Under the pieces are notes generated by a model that did no database searches, was not told the origin of the DNA, and saw only the letters and a list, made by a program, of their open reading frames with translations. Both the position numbers and the translations under genes were made by a program. This document shows positions 37,109 to 47,439 of a stretch of 64,000 nt of DNA, in pieces (position 1 is the first letter of the stretch; the number at the start of each line of letters is the position of its first letter). This DNA is from an uncultured Rhodopirellula sp. Lineage in GTDB: Bacteria; Planctomycetota; Planctomycetia; Pirellulales; Pirellulaceae. The stretch covers positions 62,001-126,000 of the forward strand of contig CAXGAI010000009.1 in the NCBI GenBank assembly GCA_964007735.1. Direction: 5' to 3'.

Positions 37109-38271
37109 GATTCAAATGCAATAATGCTGGCTGTAAAGCCATGTAAAAAGTTTTTACCGCCAACCGGCCCTAATTCACCCTGAGCAAATATTCCGGTCAC
37201 CGGTATCGATCCTAAGTGTTCGCTTAACGTAGCTGCATCATGAGATTCCACTTCGAACATTCGCGTACCACGCCCATTACAAGTAAATAATAAGGCGGCG
37301 GCACACGGCGTTTCAAGCTGACTTAGTAATTGGTTCAATTCTAAGCTGGCCGATTCGTGATCACGAATATGGAATTGTACCGTTTGACCAACTCGTAAAT
37401 AATCAGCGACTACGACTGCTTTTTGCTCCGGATCAATACCAACGACATTACGAATCAAAAAGTCACCTATCTGGTACTCTTCCTGATACTCACTGACGAC
37501 GCGGCCGATATGAAATCCATTCTGCATCGCTCTCTGTTCGTTGGTTGGCAACTCTTCATAGAGATTTTTCAGCACCTCTAATGCCGGCTTGCCGCCAAGG
37601 CTGGTAATCATATTCTGTTCAGCGGCTGTAATCACAAATCGCTCACCAATAGGCCGACAGCCTTGAGAAACAACCGTTTTTGTCTTTACACCGCCCTGAA
37701 GAACAACGACAGCTGCTCCGTTGTTATAAACTTCCTGACCGACGATAATACGGTTCTCACCCGGCATTTGGAAACCTGATGCCATGCCGCCTACAACGGG
37801 CAAGCCCGGGCGATCTTCTTCCAGCCTGCTCAGCAACCCATCCGCAGGAAACGAAAATGGCTCTCCCACTAATATCATGACTGCATCCTCATCCCACTCA
37901 CTTCCTAGTGAGTCCGGCCAACCAATGAAGGTGCCTCCGTCCGGGGTCCTCTCAAATGTGAGCCGCATAGAGTCAATCTGAGTCTCTGGTAACGAGGCAC
38001 ACCAGAGAGAAATAGCAGGACTCGTTTCAATTTCAGTTGCATCACAAACGATGCTTTCCCCTGTGCTGCCGATTAGATGTCGAGGAGAAAGTTGAGTTTG
38101 CAGGCACTCGGTAATCTCTTCCAATTGCGTCTGAAAGTGAGTGGATGCAAATATCACTAAAAGGTCAATCTGGCTGCTAAAGTGACTATTTAACTTTCGG
38201 CAACTGGTTTCCAACGCTACTTTCCAATCGGTCGTTGTAATCACTGCACTGGCAAATGCGTTTTGCGCCAC
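37105..38271 (-). CDS. FIST (NosP-like) signal transduction protein
   Basis: PVVGGMASG, VSQGCRPIG, FLIRNVVG, FTCNGRG, GELGP...LHGFT. Confidence 0.92.
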   Translation of the reverse strand: MAQNAFASAVITTTDWKVALETSCRKLNSHFSSQIDLLVIFASTHFQTQLEEITECLQTQLSPRHLIGSTGESIVCDATEIETSPAISLWCASLPETQIDSMRLTFERTPDGGTFIGWPDSLGSEWDEDAVMILVGEPFSFPADGLLSRLEEDRPGLPVVGGMASGFQMPGENRIIVGQEVYNNGAAVVVLQGGVKTKTVVSQGCRPIGERFVITAAEQNMITSLGGKPALEVLKNLYEELPTNEQRAMQNGFHIGRVVSEYQEEYQIGDFLIRNVVGIDPEQKAVVVADYLRVGQTVQFHIRDHESASLELNQLLSQLETPCAAALLFTCNGRGTRMFEVESHDAATLSEHLGSIPVTGIFAQGELGPVGGKNFLHGFTASIIAFES

Positions 38272-38402
38272 ATCAAATCCTCTCGTTGAACCAAGTTACA
38301 GTTTGCGAGGTAATCCCTACCGCCAATATAGTAGAGGTATCATCAATAGAACACTCCTACCATGAATCATGTACACCCGAATCCATTCACCCATTACAAA
38401 CC

Positions 38403-39518
38403 ATGCTAAAACAATTACTTCTCGTTACGATTCTGGCTCTCCTATTTCCCATATGCAGCAAAGGACAAATCCACAAACTTCCGTGGCTTAAAGATGCCCA
38501 AACACCACCAGCGGGCGAATTTAATGTTACCCCTTTGAAACAATGGGCGGTGAATGTCAATCAGTCAGTTGCCAGTCGCAAACAGTGGGAGCATGCTGGA
38601 GTTGGTATCTCTAGCCCCCGCGATGTTATAAAACATCGCTGGCTCACTTATCTGGGTCCGCTAGCGACACAAAAACGTACTTTGCCAAAACTAGAAATTT
38701 TACAACGCAAAGAAGTAGGAAATGTAGAAAGAATTCTGGTGAAATACGAAGTCCTCCCGGGGGACTTTGTCGAAGCATACATTCTTAAACCGCTCGAATT
38801 GAACAGGAAAGTACCTGGTCTCGTTGTTCTCCACTCTACCGTCGAAAACAGTATTGATCTTCCAGCCGGTATCAACGGGCGACCTGAAGAATTCCATGGC
38901 CTAGGTGCTGCCCAACGAGGGATGATCGCTATCGTCCCTCGAAATTATCTATGGCCTACCAACTACGGAATTAAAGCCCGTGAAATGGCGGAACAGTTTC
39001 TGATGAAGTACCCGGGGTCGAAAGGGATGGCTCGGATGCTGTATGACGCTCAGGTTGCCACGGATATTCTGACAGCGATGCCAGAAGTAGACGCCAACCG
39101 AATTGGTTGCGTGGGACATAGCTTAGGAGCAAAAGAAGTTCTCTACCTTGCTGCATTTGACGAACGGATCAAAGCCACCGTATTTAGTGAAGGCGGAATC
39201 AGCACTAAGTTTTCAAATTGGGATGCTGCCTGGTATTTAGGTGATACGATCAACAAGTCCTTTCATCACGATCATGATGAGCTACTCGCCTTAATCGCTC
39301 CTCGTCCGTTCTTATTGATTGCCGGAGATTCAGCAGATGGTGACCGAAGTTGGCCAACTATAGCAAAAGCGATGGCCGTCTACGGATTCTACCTCCGTAA
39401 ACCAACCATCGCATTTTATAATCATCGGACAGGCCATCCTTTAACCAAAGAAGCTGAAAAACGCAGCTACCAATGGCTCAACATGGCACTCGATCATACC
39501 CCGACCTTGTCTAAATAA
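38403..39518 (+). CDS. Secreted alpha/beta hydrolase (dienelactone hydrolase/esterase family)
   Basis: IGCVGHSLGA nucleophile elbow, LIAPRPFL, GH; start at ATG 38403. Confidence 0.85.
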   Translation: MLKQLLLVTILALLFPICSKGQIHKLPWLKDAQTPPAGEFNVTPLKQWAVNVNQSVASRKQWEHAGVGISSPRDVIKHRWLTYLGPLATQKRTLPKLEILQRKEVGNVERILVKYEVLPGDFVEAYILKPLELNRKVPGLVVLHSTVENSIDLPAGINGRPEEFHGLGAAQRGMIAIVPRNYLWPTNYGIKAREMAEQFLMKYPGSKGMARMLYDAQVATDILTAMPEVDANRIGCVGHSLGAKEVLYLAAFDERIKATVFSEGGISTKFSNWDAAWYLGDTINKSFHHDHDELLALIAPRPFLLIAGDSADGDRSWPTIAKAMAVYGFYLRKPTIAFYNHRTGHPLTKEAEKRSYQWLNMALDHTPTLSK

Positions 39519-39524
39519 GATCCT

Positions 39525-39908
39525 CTACCAAGGTCCTCGGATGTAATAAACACCAAACTGACGGGTACTACTGGGATACATCGGAGTCTTCATGAAAAGC
39601 CCTCGACCTGCATTACTCGTGGTCGGATTGAGGCTGTATTGGTGATGGATCGGGGAAATTGTGTTCGCGGAAACACCCCAGTTAAAAACCCGCATCGTGC
39701 GTGCCGTGGGTGGGACGATCAGAGCGATTGGTGCGCCCGTAGTTTGGTGGCCGTAAGCCCCATTCCATGGAGTTTGGTCGGCCTGCTGTCGTTCCCATGA
39801 TTGCATGATACGGTTACGACGACCAGCTTCTACTTCGGATTCCAAGGCGAAAACGCTGAAAAAGGTGGCCAGGCATACGCCGAGCCAGAATTTGGATTGC
39901 TTGTGCAT
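39525..39908 (-). CDS. Small secreted hypothetical protein
   Basis: Signal-like N-terminus; PWNGAY...ALIVPPTA...QFGVYYIRGPW; AGGA RBS. Confidence 0.75.
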   Translation of the reverse strand: MHKQSKFWLGVCLATFFSVFALESEVEAGRRNRIMQSWERQQADQTPWNGAYGHQTTGAPIALIVPPTARTMRVFNWGVSANTISPIHHQYSLNPTTSNAGRGLFMKTPMYPSSTRQFGVYYIRGPW

Positions 39909-39953
39909 TTGTACATTCCTGATGAAGTTTCAGCCGCACAAGCTATAAGAGAC

Positions 39954-40382
39954 TTATCGATAACGAATAAACGTTCTCGTAAAACCACCACCGTTGGGAT
40001 AGTAGTTGTGATAACTACGGTTATGGCGGTACATAAACTCATGTGGCATCAATGGTTGATATGTGTTGTAAGTATGCCCTATGATCAGTGGCACCTGTCG
40101 GGGAGCTGGGTAAATTACGGAAGGAATTCCGCCACCCTGGGTAGGACTGTAGTAATTGTAGAAGAGACGCGGATTAGCGGGAACTCCCCCTTGAGCCTGT
40201 ATGGGAGTGGCCGCCGGAGCCTGCTTCAAAACGGCTGGTTCTTTAGGAGCTGCTGTCGCTTTGGCCGGAGTGTTCTTACGGTTAAGTTTAAGTTTTGGTC
40301 CAGCAGCTTCAACCACTACGCCAGGCAACAAAAACAACACTGAAAATACAATACCAGCAACGATCTTCAATTTAGCCATCAT
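39954..40382 (-). CDS. Small secreted Tyr/Pro/His-rich hypothetical protein
   Basis: Signal peptide; LFYNYY...YPAP..VP...GHTY.TYQPLMPHEFMY; AGGAG RBS. Confidence 0.75.
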   Translation of the reverse strand: MMAKLKIVAGIVFSVLFLLPGVVVEAAGPKLKLNRKNTPAKATAAPKEPAVLKQAPAATPIQAQGGVPANPRLFYNYYSPTQGGGIPSVIYPAPRQVPLIIGHTYNTYQPLMPHEFMYRHNRSYHNYYPNGGGFTRTFIRYR

Positions 40383-40704
40383 TTGACTCCTTATTGGCCT
40401 GACCTCATAGAGAAGTCAGCACTACAAAAATCCGCGTTTCCAACAGGCTACACGGAAATCCTATCACCTCTTTACTTTAATTCGGTATTCTCGAATTGTC
40501 TGGACAAATCTTTGTCCATAAAACCAATACGTTTGTTAGCGTTTCACCGGCTGGGGCACTCGTTTTATAGACTCAACTGTTAAGAAACCAAGATAACCGC
40601 TATAATCGTCAATCTTTAACACTACCGTCGGTCTTATTCATACAACCGTTAGGCCGTCATAAAATCGAATGGAGTCACCGTGTTGCAAAGGGAGTGCACC
40701 ACCA

Positions 40705-42750
40705 TTGGCTGGTAAATCAAGCGGAAAAAATAAACCTCGACGAAGTACAGCTCAGGCGATGGCCGCCAAGCAGCGCTCTATTTCCGTCAGTGAATTCTTT
40801 GCCAAAAACCGACATCTTCTCGGGTTTGACAACCCACGCAAAGCGTTATTAACAACCGTTAAAGAAGCGGTTGATAATTCTCTCGATGCCTGTGAAGAGG
40901 CCGGAATTGGTCCTGAAATATGGGTAAATATCACTCAAACAGAACCAGATCGATACAAAGTCTCGATTCAGGACAACGGCCCCGGGATCTTGAAAAAGCA
41001 AATCCCCCTTATCTTCGGGAAGCTTCTCTATGGCTCCAAGTTCCATCGCTTACGTATGAGTCGTGGGCAGCAAGGAATTGGGATTAGTGCCGCCGGCATG
41101 TACGGAATGCTGACAACCGGAAAACCCGTCAAAATTGTCTCCAAACTCTCTATACGGAAACCTGCTCACTATTACGAACTGCAGATCGATACAAAAACCA
41201 ACAACCCACAGATTCTCAATAATCGCGGAGACGGACTCGATATCCCTGCCGGGGAAAAGGGTCGTGTGATCATGGAGAAAAAAAATATTGAGTGGCAAGC
41301 TTTTTACCCGGTCCCGGAAGTGGGAGAGGATGAACAAGCACCGGATCCCGTCGAAGTTCGCAGCGGCACGAGAGTCACCCTAGAGATTGAAGCCAAATAC
41401 CAACGTGGTCGGGGTAGCGTGGATGAGTATCTGGAAATGACTGCCATTGCCAATCCGCATGTCACCTTGCACTACACAGATCCCGAGGGTGTGTTACATA
41501 CGTATTTACGCAGCACAGAGCAGTTACCTCCCGAGGCTAAAGAAATTAAGCCGCATCCCTATGGTGTGGAACTAGGCCGCCTAGTCACCATGCTCAAAGA
41601 AATGAAGGAGGGAACCATCACCCAATTCCTGACTTCCAGCTTCAGTCGTGTAAGCCCGGCGGTCGCACGACGCATCTGCGAAACTGCAAATGTCAGCACT
41701 CGCAGTGGCGTTAAAAAAATTAGTCGCGATGAAGCGGATAAAATCTACAAGGCAATTCAGCAAACGAAGATCAAAGCTCCCAGCACGGACTGTATTGCTC
41801 CCATTGGAGAAGAGCTGCTACTCAAAGGGCTACATCAAGTTGTGCCAGGTGAATTCTATGTAGCCGCGACAAGACCGCCATCTGTCTACCGCGGTAACCC
41901 ATTCCAAATCGAATGTTCGTTGGCCTATGGTGGTCACAATGCAGCTCAGAAAGTCTCCATTGAATTGCTTGAACGACTCATCGAAGAGACGGATGCTCGT
42001 ACATTACGCCAGTTTCTCATGAACACCTTTGACGGATTGGGATCTGACTCTGCTGACAGAATCATGAAAGCTGGTGAGTTTGGCAGTCGGCAATCTCCTT
42101 CCAAGCTAAATCAGGCCGAGCTTGAACGGCTACATGATGCAATGAAGAATGTAAACGTTTCTGATGGACAGACAATGCAGATTCTGCGTTATGCCAACCG
42201 AGTGCCACTACAGTTTAAGATGCGGGACTGTGCCATTACGCAAACCGTTATGAAAATGAACTGGAGAAGCTACGGATTGTCTCAGTCACGCGGCAATTTA
42301 CCCTCCGGTCCCGTACGTGTGTTAGTTCATGTTGCGAGTGTTTGGGTACCGTTTACCAGTGAGTCCAAAGAAGCGATCGCTCATTATGACGAAATTCAAA
42401 AAGAAATCCGCTTAGGCCTACAAACTGTCGGGCGAAAACTTGGGATGTTCCTCCGTCGACGCCAACAGGTAAAAAAAGAAGGAGAACGGCGAAATGTGTT
42501 CGTCCGTTATCTCGGTGAAGTCGCCCAGGCCGTATCCGACCTCAACGGTTGTGACAAGAGCGAGATCTACAACCACCTGACCCGTGTGGCTAAACGAGTC
42601 ACCAAAGAGGCTGATACAAAACTAGACGATCGTGGAAATAAGATTAAGCCGGAAGACTACGGTGATAACGTCCTAATCATTGATGACGATCCGGTAGGCG
42701 AGCTAACTGAACAGCTTGATAAAGTCGCGCCTCAAAAGAAATTGTTTTAA
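40705..42750 (+). CDS. top6B: DNA topoisomerase VI subunit B
   Basis: [62 protein letters not shown]. Start uncertain (TTG 40705 or ATG 40669). Confidence 0.95.
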   Translation: MAGKSSGKNKPRRSTAQAMAAKQRSISVSEFFAKNRHLLGFDNPRKALLTTVKEAVDNSLDACEEAGIGPEIWVNITQTEPDRYKVSIQDNGPGILKKQIPLIFGKLLYGSKFHRLRMSRGQQGIGISAAGMYGMLTTGKPVKIVSKLSIRKPAHYYELQIDTKTNNPQILNNRGDGLDIPAGEKGRVIMEKKNIEWQAFYPVPEVGEDEQAPDPVEVRSGTRVTLEIEAKYQRGRGSVDEYLEMTAIANPHVTLHYTDPEGVLHTYLRSTEQLPPEAKEIKPHPYGVELGRLVTMLKEMKEGTITQFLTSSFSRVSPAVARRICETANVSTRSGVKKISRDEADKIYKAIQQTKIKAPSTDCIAPIGEELLLKGLHQVVPGEFYVAATRPPSVYRGNPFQIECSLAYGGHNAAQKVSIELLERLIEETDARTLRQFLMNTFDGLGSDSADRIMKAGEFGSRQSPSKLNQAELERLHDAMKNVNVSDGQTMQILRYANRVPLQFKMRDCAITQTVMKMNWRSYGLSQSRGNLPSGPVRVLVHVASVWVPFTSESKEAIAHYDEIQKEIRLGLQTVGRKLGMFLRRRQQVKKEGERRNVFVRYLGEVAQAVSDLNGCDKSEIYNHLTRVAKRVTKEADTKLDDRGNKIKPEDYGDNVLIIDDDPVGELTEQLDKVAPQKKLF

Positions 42751-42796
42751 CTAAGCAACGTCCGCAGGCGAATTAATACTCCGGCAAAGGTAAGAA

Positions 42797-43951
42797 ATGG
42801 CAAAGAAAAAGGCAAAGAAACCAACACCTGCACAACAGGCACGCAAAGCCAAGTTGACTGCCAAAGATAAGAAGACGCTCAACGCCTTGGTAGGAATGGC
42901 CGATGGTGTTTTCAAGCAGGCAAGTCGCGGTCGGGCACCGTTTATTGAAGTTCCCTCACGCAGCCTTTCAAATGTGAAATATAGTCCCACCAAAAAGATC
43001 ATTGAAATGGGACGCTCCAAAAACAAACGTGAGCTATTCAACCTCTCACAAGCGCGAACCTATATGCAAACATTGCTGGTTGGCCGTGGCTGTAAAGAAC
43101 TGATTGAACAGGGTAAAACCACTAGCATTCGTGGTCTCTACTACTTGCTGAAACACACCATCGAAGGAACACGGGAAGAAACCTTCAATGATCAGGGTGA
43201 TTGTGACCCAGTGATCGAAGATGTCGAGGTGACACTCAATGCCCTTCGTGAAGAACTGCATGTTTATGCCTCCAACCGAGGCTCAATGGTTGGAAATATC
43301 CAGTTAATCGACTCAGGCGATGAAATCGACTGCTCCCGAATGGGCTCAGGAGGCTATGCGATCCCTTCCATCGTCGAAGAAGAAGTAATGCAATTCGTGA
43401 AGTGTGATGCTGATTTCATCCTGCATGTCGAAAAAGATACTGTCTGGCGTCGTTTTAACGAAGACAAATTCTGGAAAGAACACAATTGCATTCTGACACA
43501 TGGTAATGGTCAGCCGCCTCGGGGAGTGCGTCGTCTGCTAAGTCGAATGCATAATGAGCTCGGACTACCAATTTACTGTTTGCTTGATAATGACCCTTGG
43601 GGGTATTACATCTACAGTGTGATCAAACAAGGCTCCATCAATCTGGCATACGAATCGCGTCGGATGGCGATCCCCGGTGCAAAGTTTATCGGGATGCGAA
43701 GCCGTGACTATGAACTATGTGAATTGAATCCGAGTGTCACAATCAAACTATCCGATAACGACATCAAACGAGCAAATCAAATTGCGAAATATCCGTGGTT
43801 TGAAAAGAAAAAACGCTGGCAGGCAGAAATCAAAAAAATGTTATCAAATGGTTTCAAGCTCGAAGTGGAAGCTTTGATTTCGAAAGACATCAGCTACGTT
43901 ACTCAGGAATACGTTCCCGAACGACTGGCTCAAGGCAATTTTCTGGACTAG
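42797..43951 (+). CDS. top6A: DNA topoisomerase VI subunit A (Spo11-like)
   Basis: SIRGLYY catalytic Tyr, VEKD, G.GQP, DNDPWG TOPRIM, KLEVEAL. Confidence 0.95.
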   Translation: MAKKKAKKPTPAQQARKAKLTAKDKKTLNALVGMADGVFKQASRGRAPFIEVPSRSLSNVKYSPTKKIIEMGRSKNKRELFNLSQARTYMQTLLVGRGCKELIEQGKTTSIRGLYYLLKHTIEGTREETFNDQGDCDPVIEDVEVTLNALREELHVYASNRGSMVGNIQLIDSGDEIDCSRMGSGGYAIPSIVEEEVMQFVKCDADFILHVEKDTVWRRFNEDKFWKEHNCILTHGNGQPPRGVRRLLSRMHNELGLPIYCLLDNDPWGYYIYSVIKQGSINLAYESRRMAIPGAKFIGMRSRDYELCELNPSVTIKLSDNDIKRANQIAKYPWFEKKKRWQAEIKKMLSNGFKLEVEALISKDISYVTQEYVPERLAQGNFLD

Positions 43952-43964
43952 TCTGACAACCGTC

Positions 43965-44405
43965 GTGGATACTACTGAACCATCATACGATTTACGCCCG
44001 CTAACCATCGCTGACTTCGAACTTGTCACGTCGCTTTGGCGCAGCACCGATGGTATGAGCCAATTGGAATCACCCGAAGAATTACAGACATTCCTCGACC
44101 GCAATCCCAACTGCAGTATTCTGGCCGAAGAAGATGATACCTTACTAGGGGCTATTCTCTGTGGGCATGATGGCCGACGCGGATATATGTATCATGCAGC
44201 AGTTTCGGCCTATGCACGTGGCCGGGGAGTAGGTCGAGCGATGGTTGAGCACTGTACCAGGCACCTCGCAACTCTTGGCATCCAGCGCGTCACTTTGTTC
44301 ACCTTAAACGACAACTGTCCGGCTAAAGAATTCTGGAAACATCTGGGGTTTCGACAGCGTGACGATATTATTCAGTTTGCGTTTGACCTCAAAAAGTTCG
44401 ACTGA
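43965..44405 (+). CDS. GNAT N-acetyltransferase
   Basis: GHDGRRGYMYH, RGRGVG, FW..LGF. Confidence 0.9.
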   Translation: MDTTEPSYDLRPLTIADFELVTSLWRSTDGMSQLESPEELQTFLDRNPNCSILAEEDDTLLGAILCGHDGRRGYMYHAAVSAYARGRGVGRAMVEHCTRHLATLGIQRVTLFTLNDNCPAKEFWKHLGFRQRDDIIQFAFDLKKFD

Positions 44406-44407
44406 GC

Positions 44408-45175
44408 ATGTCGCTATACGATTACCCTCGGTATTACGATTTGGTTTATGGCTCAGACTGGAGGGCCGAATTTGATTTTCTGACCGGCGTATTTGATAAA
44501 CATGTCTGTGGGGAAATCAAACAACTACTCGAACCGGCTTGCGGTACGGGAAGGTTGATATTTCGTCTGCAACGTGCTGGCTTTCAGGTGGATGGGCTCG
44601 ATCTCAATAACAAGGCCGTTGACTACTGTAACCAACGTCTTGAAAGACATGGCTTGCAAGCGTCAGCGTGGGTCGGTGACATGACTAACTTTAAAGTAAC
44701 ATCTAAATACTGTGCCGCCTTTAATACAATCAATAGCTTTCGGCATTTAGAACAGCACACTCAATCGCATAATCATCTTGCCTGTATGGCTAAAGCGATT
44801 CGAAAGGGTGGGATTTATATTCTAGGATTACATTTGAGCCCCAAGGCCGGAGAAGCAAGTGAAGAAGAATCCTGGATCGCTCGTCGCGGGCATCTCTGCG
44901 TCCAAACCAGTATGTGGCTGGTCAATCGTAATTTGAAACAACGTTATGAACGTTTTCATATGCGATATGATATCTGGACGCCTACAAATCATGAGACGCT
45001 AAATGACGAATTTAACTTTCGAACCTATACAAAAAAGCAGTTTGAAGAAGAACTACTCAAGGGAATCCCAGAGTTTGAAATCGCAGCGACTTATGATTTC
45101 AGCTATGACCTGAATCACCCAATCGAGGTCGACGATCATTCCGAAGACGTCGTCTATATTCTTAAAAGGGTATAA
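44408..45175 (+). CDS. Class I SAM-dependent methyltransferase
   Basis: LEPACGTGR, GLDLN, GDM..F. Confidence 0.9.
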   Translation: MSLYDYPRYYDLVYGSDWRAEFDFLTGVFDKHVCGEIKQLLEPACGTGRLIFRLQRAGFQVDGLDLNNKAVDYCNQRLERHGLQASAWVGDMTNFKVTSKYCAAFNTINSFRHLEQHTQSHNHLACMAKAIRKGGIYILGLHLSPKAGEASEEESWIARRGHLCVQTSMWLVNRNLKQRYERFHMRYDIWTPTNHETLNDEFNFRTYTKKQFEEELLKGIPEFEIAATYDFSYDLNHPIEVDDHSEDVVYILKRV

Positions 45176-45221
45176 TTTCGAGTATCATTCCTACGCTTTT
45201 CAGCTTTCAAGGATAAACCTG

Positions 45222-47315
45222 ATGCGCCTCCCGATCCCGCTAATTGGCCTGGCATTACTGCTGGGTAGCCTGGAGTCTCCTATGAATTTACAGGCTAAAG
45301 AACCTGACTTCGATGACATCTCTAGCTGGATACAACGTCAACTCGACTACACTGGCGACCCTGGCTTAGCGGTAGCTGTTGTCAAAGATGGTGAAATTGT
45401 ATTTGCTAAAGGCTTTGGATGGGCAGACAAAGAAAACCGCCGCAAAGCGGATGAACACACCGCATACTCGATCGCTTCTATCTCCAAGCCGATCACGGCT
45501 ACCGGTATCCAGATACTTGCCCAGGCCGGAAAGATCGATATCGATCAACCAGCCAACAAATATCTAGGTCAGGCTAAAATCCGTAATCCATTTGGCGAAG
45601 GTGATGAGATTAGTGTTCGCCAACTACTAAATCATACTTCAGGTTTAGGACTTCATTATCAATTCTATTACCAAACTGACCGATATCCTGTTCCAAGTCG
45701 AGACACCACGATTAGAAATTATGGAATTGCCACACGTAAACCAGGTGAGACATATTACTACTGTAATCTTGGTTATGGAATTCTGGACTACATTATTGCT
45801 CGCAGGTCAGGAAAAGCTTATTCCCAATTTATGCAACAATCACTGTTTGATTCCATTGGAATGAAGCATAGTTTTATTGGCTTGCCCACCAAGAAACAAA
45901 ACAACGTAGCCGTACGATATAACCGACAAGGTAATGTAATTCCTCTTTATGAGTTTGATCATGATGGCGGCTCGGCAGTCTATGCGTCAGCACATGATCT
46001 CGCTCTCTTTGCTTTGCTCCACCTGGGAGATGCATTTCAGGAAGTACTGAGCCCCGGACATATACAACAAATGAAAGAGCCTACCGGGGAAATCGGGCCG
46101 GGTAGCGGTTATGGAATGGGTTGGCGAATGGACAAGGGAGACTATCAAATTGTAAGTCATACCGGAGGTATGCCGGGGGTCGCTACCAGACTGTCACTTG
46201 TACCAGAACATCACTTGGCCGTCGTTTCTCTGAGTAATAAAGAAAGTAACCTGCCGCATCAGGTCGTGAAGAAAATCCTTTCTGAAATGCTGGAAGATTA
46301 TCCGTACGATCGCCCAAATCTACTCTTGCCTGCACGCCGCAAAAGCATACCTGCTTTTGAAGCCGACGACGACTTCATTGGAACCTGGAGTGGCCGCATA
46401 GAAACCTATGAAGGTCCTCGCCAGTTACAACTTTGGATTGGCCGGGATGGCGATTGTCGGGCCAGAATTGAAGGTCAGCTTGTGACCGTCATCACCAACC
46501 CTGGATTGAATGGCGGAATCCTCAGCGGGATATTCAGCGGAGATTTACAAACTTCTGATACATCACGCGTGAAGCATCTGCTGCGACTCCGTTTGCAATG
46601 TAAGGGCAACGAGTTGGTGGGAGCTATTGAGGCTGTGACCAATATGAATACGCAGTGGATTCAAGGTGAACGAGTGATTCCGCGAGCATACTATGGCCTA
46701 AGTCATTACACCAAACTGAAACGTGTCTCTGCTATAGGAAGCCAACAGACACTGTTCAATGGTAAGGATTTAGACGGCTGGGAAATGGTGAAAGCCTATG
46801 ATTTTAAAAATCACGGACCTATTAAAGTGGAAGAAGGGGTATTAAAGCTTGGCAAGGGCAGCCCGGCGTCCGGAATTCGCATCCAAGGAGCGTTTCCCCG
46901 AATGAACTATGAGGTCGAGTTTGAAGCTCGTCGTGTTGAAGGTACTGATTTCTTCTGCGGACTAACCTTTCCTATTAATGATTCTTATTGCACTCTGATC
47001 ATTGGTGGTTGGGGAGGCGGGGTCGTGGGACTTTCGAACATTGATACGATGGCGGCCGTTGAAAACGAGACGACCCGTTATCTCGAAGTGAAGGATAAGC
47101 GTTGGTATAAGGTAGCGTTGACTGTAAGTGATGAGCAAATCCAGGTTTGGATTGACAATCTAGAGTACGCCAATGTCAAAACAAAAGAGCATAAGTTTGA
47201 CATTTGGTGGGAACAGGAGCCCGTCAGGCCCTTCGGTTTTGTCAGTTGGAACACTGGGGCAGAATTCAGAAACATCTTCATTAAACCAATTGCGCCCTAT
47301 TTAATCGGAAAGTAG
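45222..47315 (+). CDS. Serine hydrolase (beta-lactamase/S12) fused to DUF1080
   Basis: ASISK, YCN, HTGG; C-terminal LFNGKDLDGW...FRNI. Confidence 0.88.
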   Translation: MRLPIPLIGLALLLGSLESPMNLQAKEPDFDDISSWIQRQLDYTGDPGLAVAVVKDGEIVFAKGFGWADKENRRKADEHTAYSIASISKPITATGIQILAQAGKIDIDQPANKYLGQAKIRNPFGEGDEISVRQLLNHTSGLGLHYQFYYQTDRYPVPSRDTTIRNYGIATRKPGETYYYCNLGYGILDYIIARRSGKAYSQFMQQSLFDSIGMKHSFIGLPTKKQNNVAVRYNRQGNVIPLYEFDHDGGSAVYASAHDLALFALLHLGDAFQEVLSPGHIQQMKEPTGEIGPGSGYGMGWRMDKGDYQIVSHTGGMPGVATRLSLVPEHHLAVVSLSNKESNLPHQVVKKILSEMLEDYPYDRPNLLLPARRKSIPAFEADDDFIGTWSGRIETYEGPRQLQLWIGRDGDCRARIEGQLVTVITNPGLNGGILSGIFSGDLQTSDTSRVKHLLRLRLQCKGNELVGAIEAVTNMNTQWIQGERVIPRAYYGLSHYTKLKRVSAIGSQQTLFNGKDLDGWEMVKAYDFKNHGPIKVEEGVLKLGKGSPASGIRIQGAFPRMNYEVEFEARRVEGTDFFCGLTFPINDSYCTLIIGGWGGGVVGLSNIDTMAAVENETTRYLEVKDKRWYKVALTVSDEQIQVWIDNLEYANVKTKEHKFDIWWEQEPVRPFGFVSWNTGAEFRNIFIKPIAPYLIGK

Positions 47316-47439
47316 CTCTCGTCAAACGTCGCATGGTGTCACTGGAGGAACCATTTGTTTGTCGTGTATTTATTTCTTCGCCATAATCATCTTCAGATGC
47401 TCTAAGGTTCATTCAGCAAGTTCATGAAAGAACCTGATT

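Noticed and set aside
39801..40343. 180-aa plus-strand ORF
   Set aside because: Antisense to two genes that have RBSs and signal peptides; no recognisable motif
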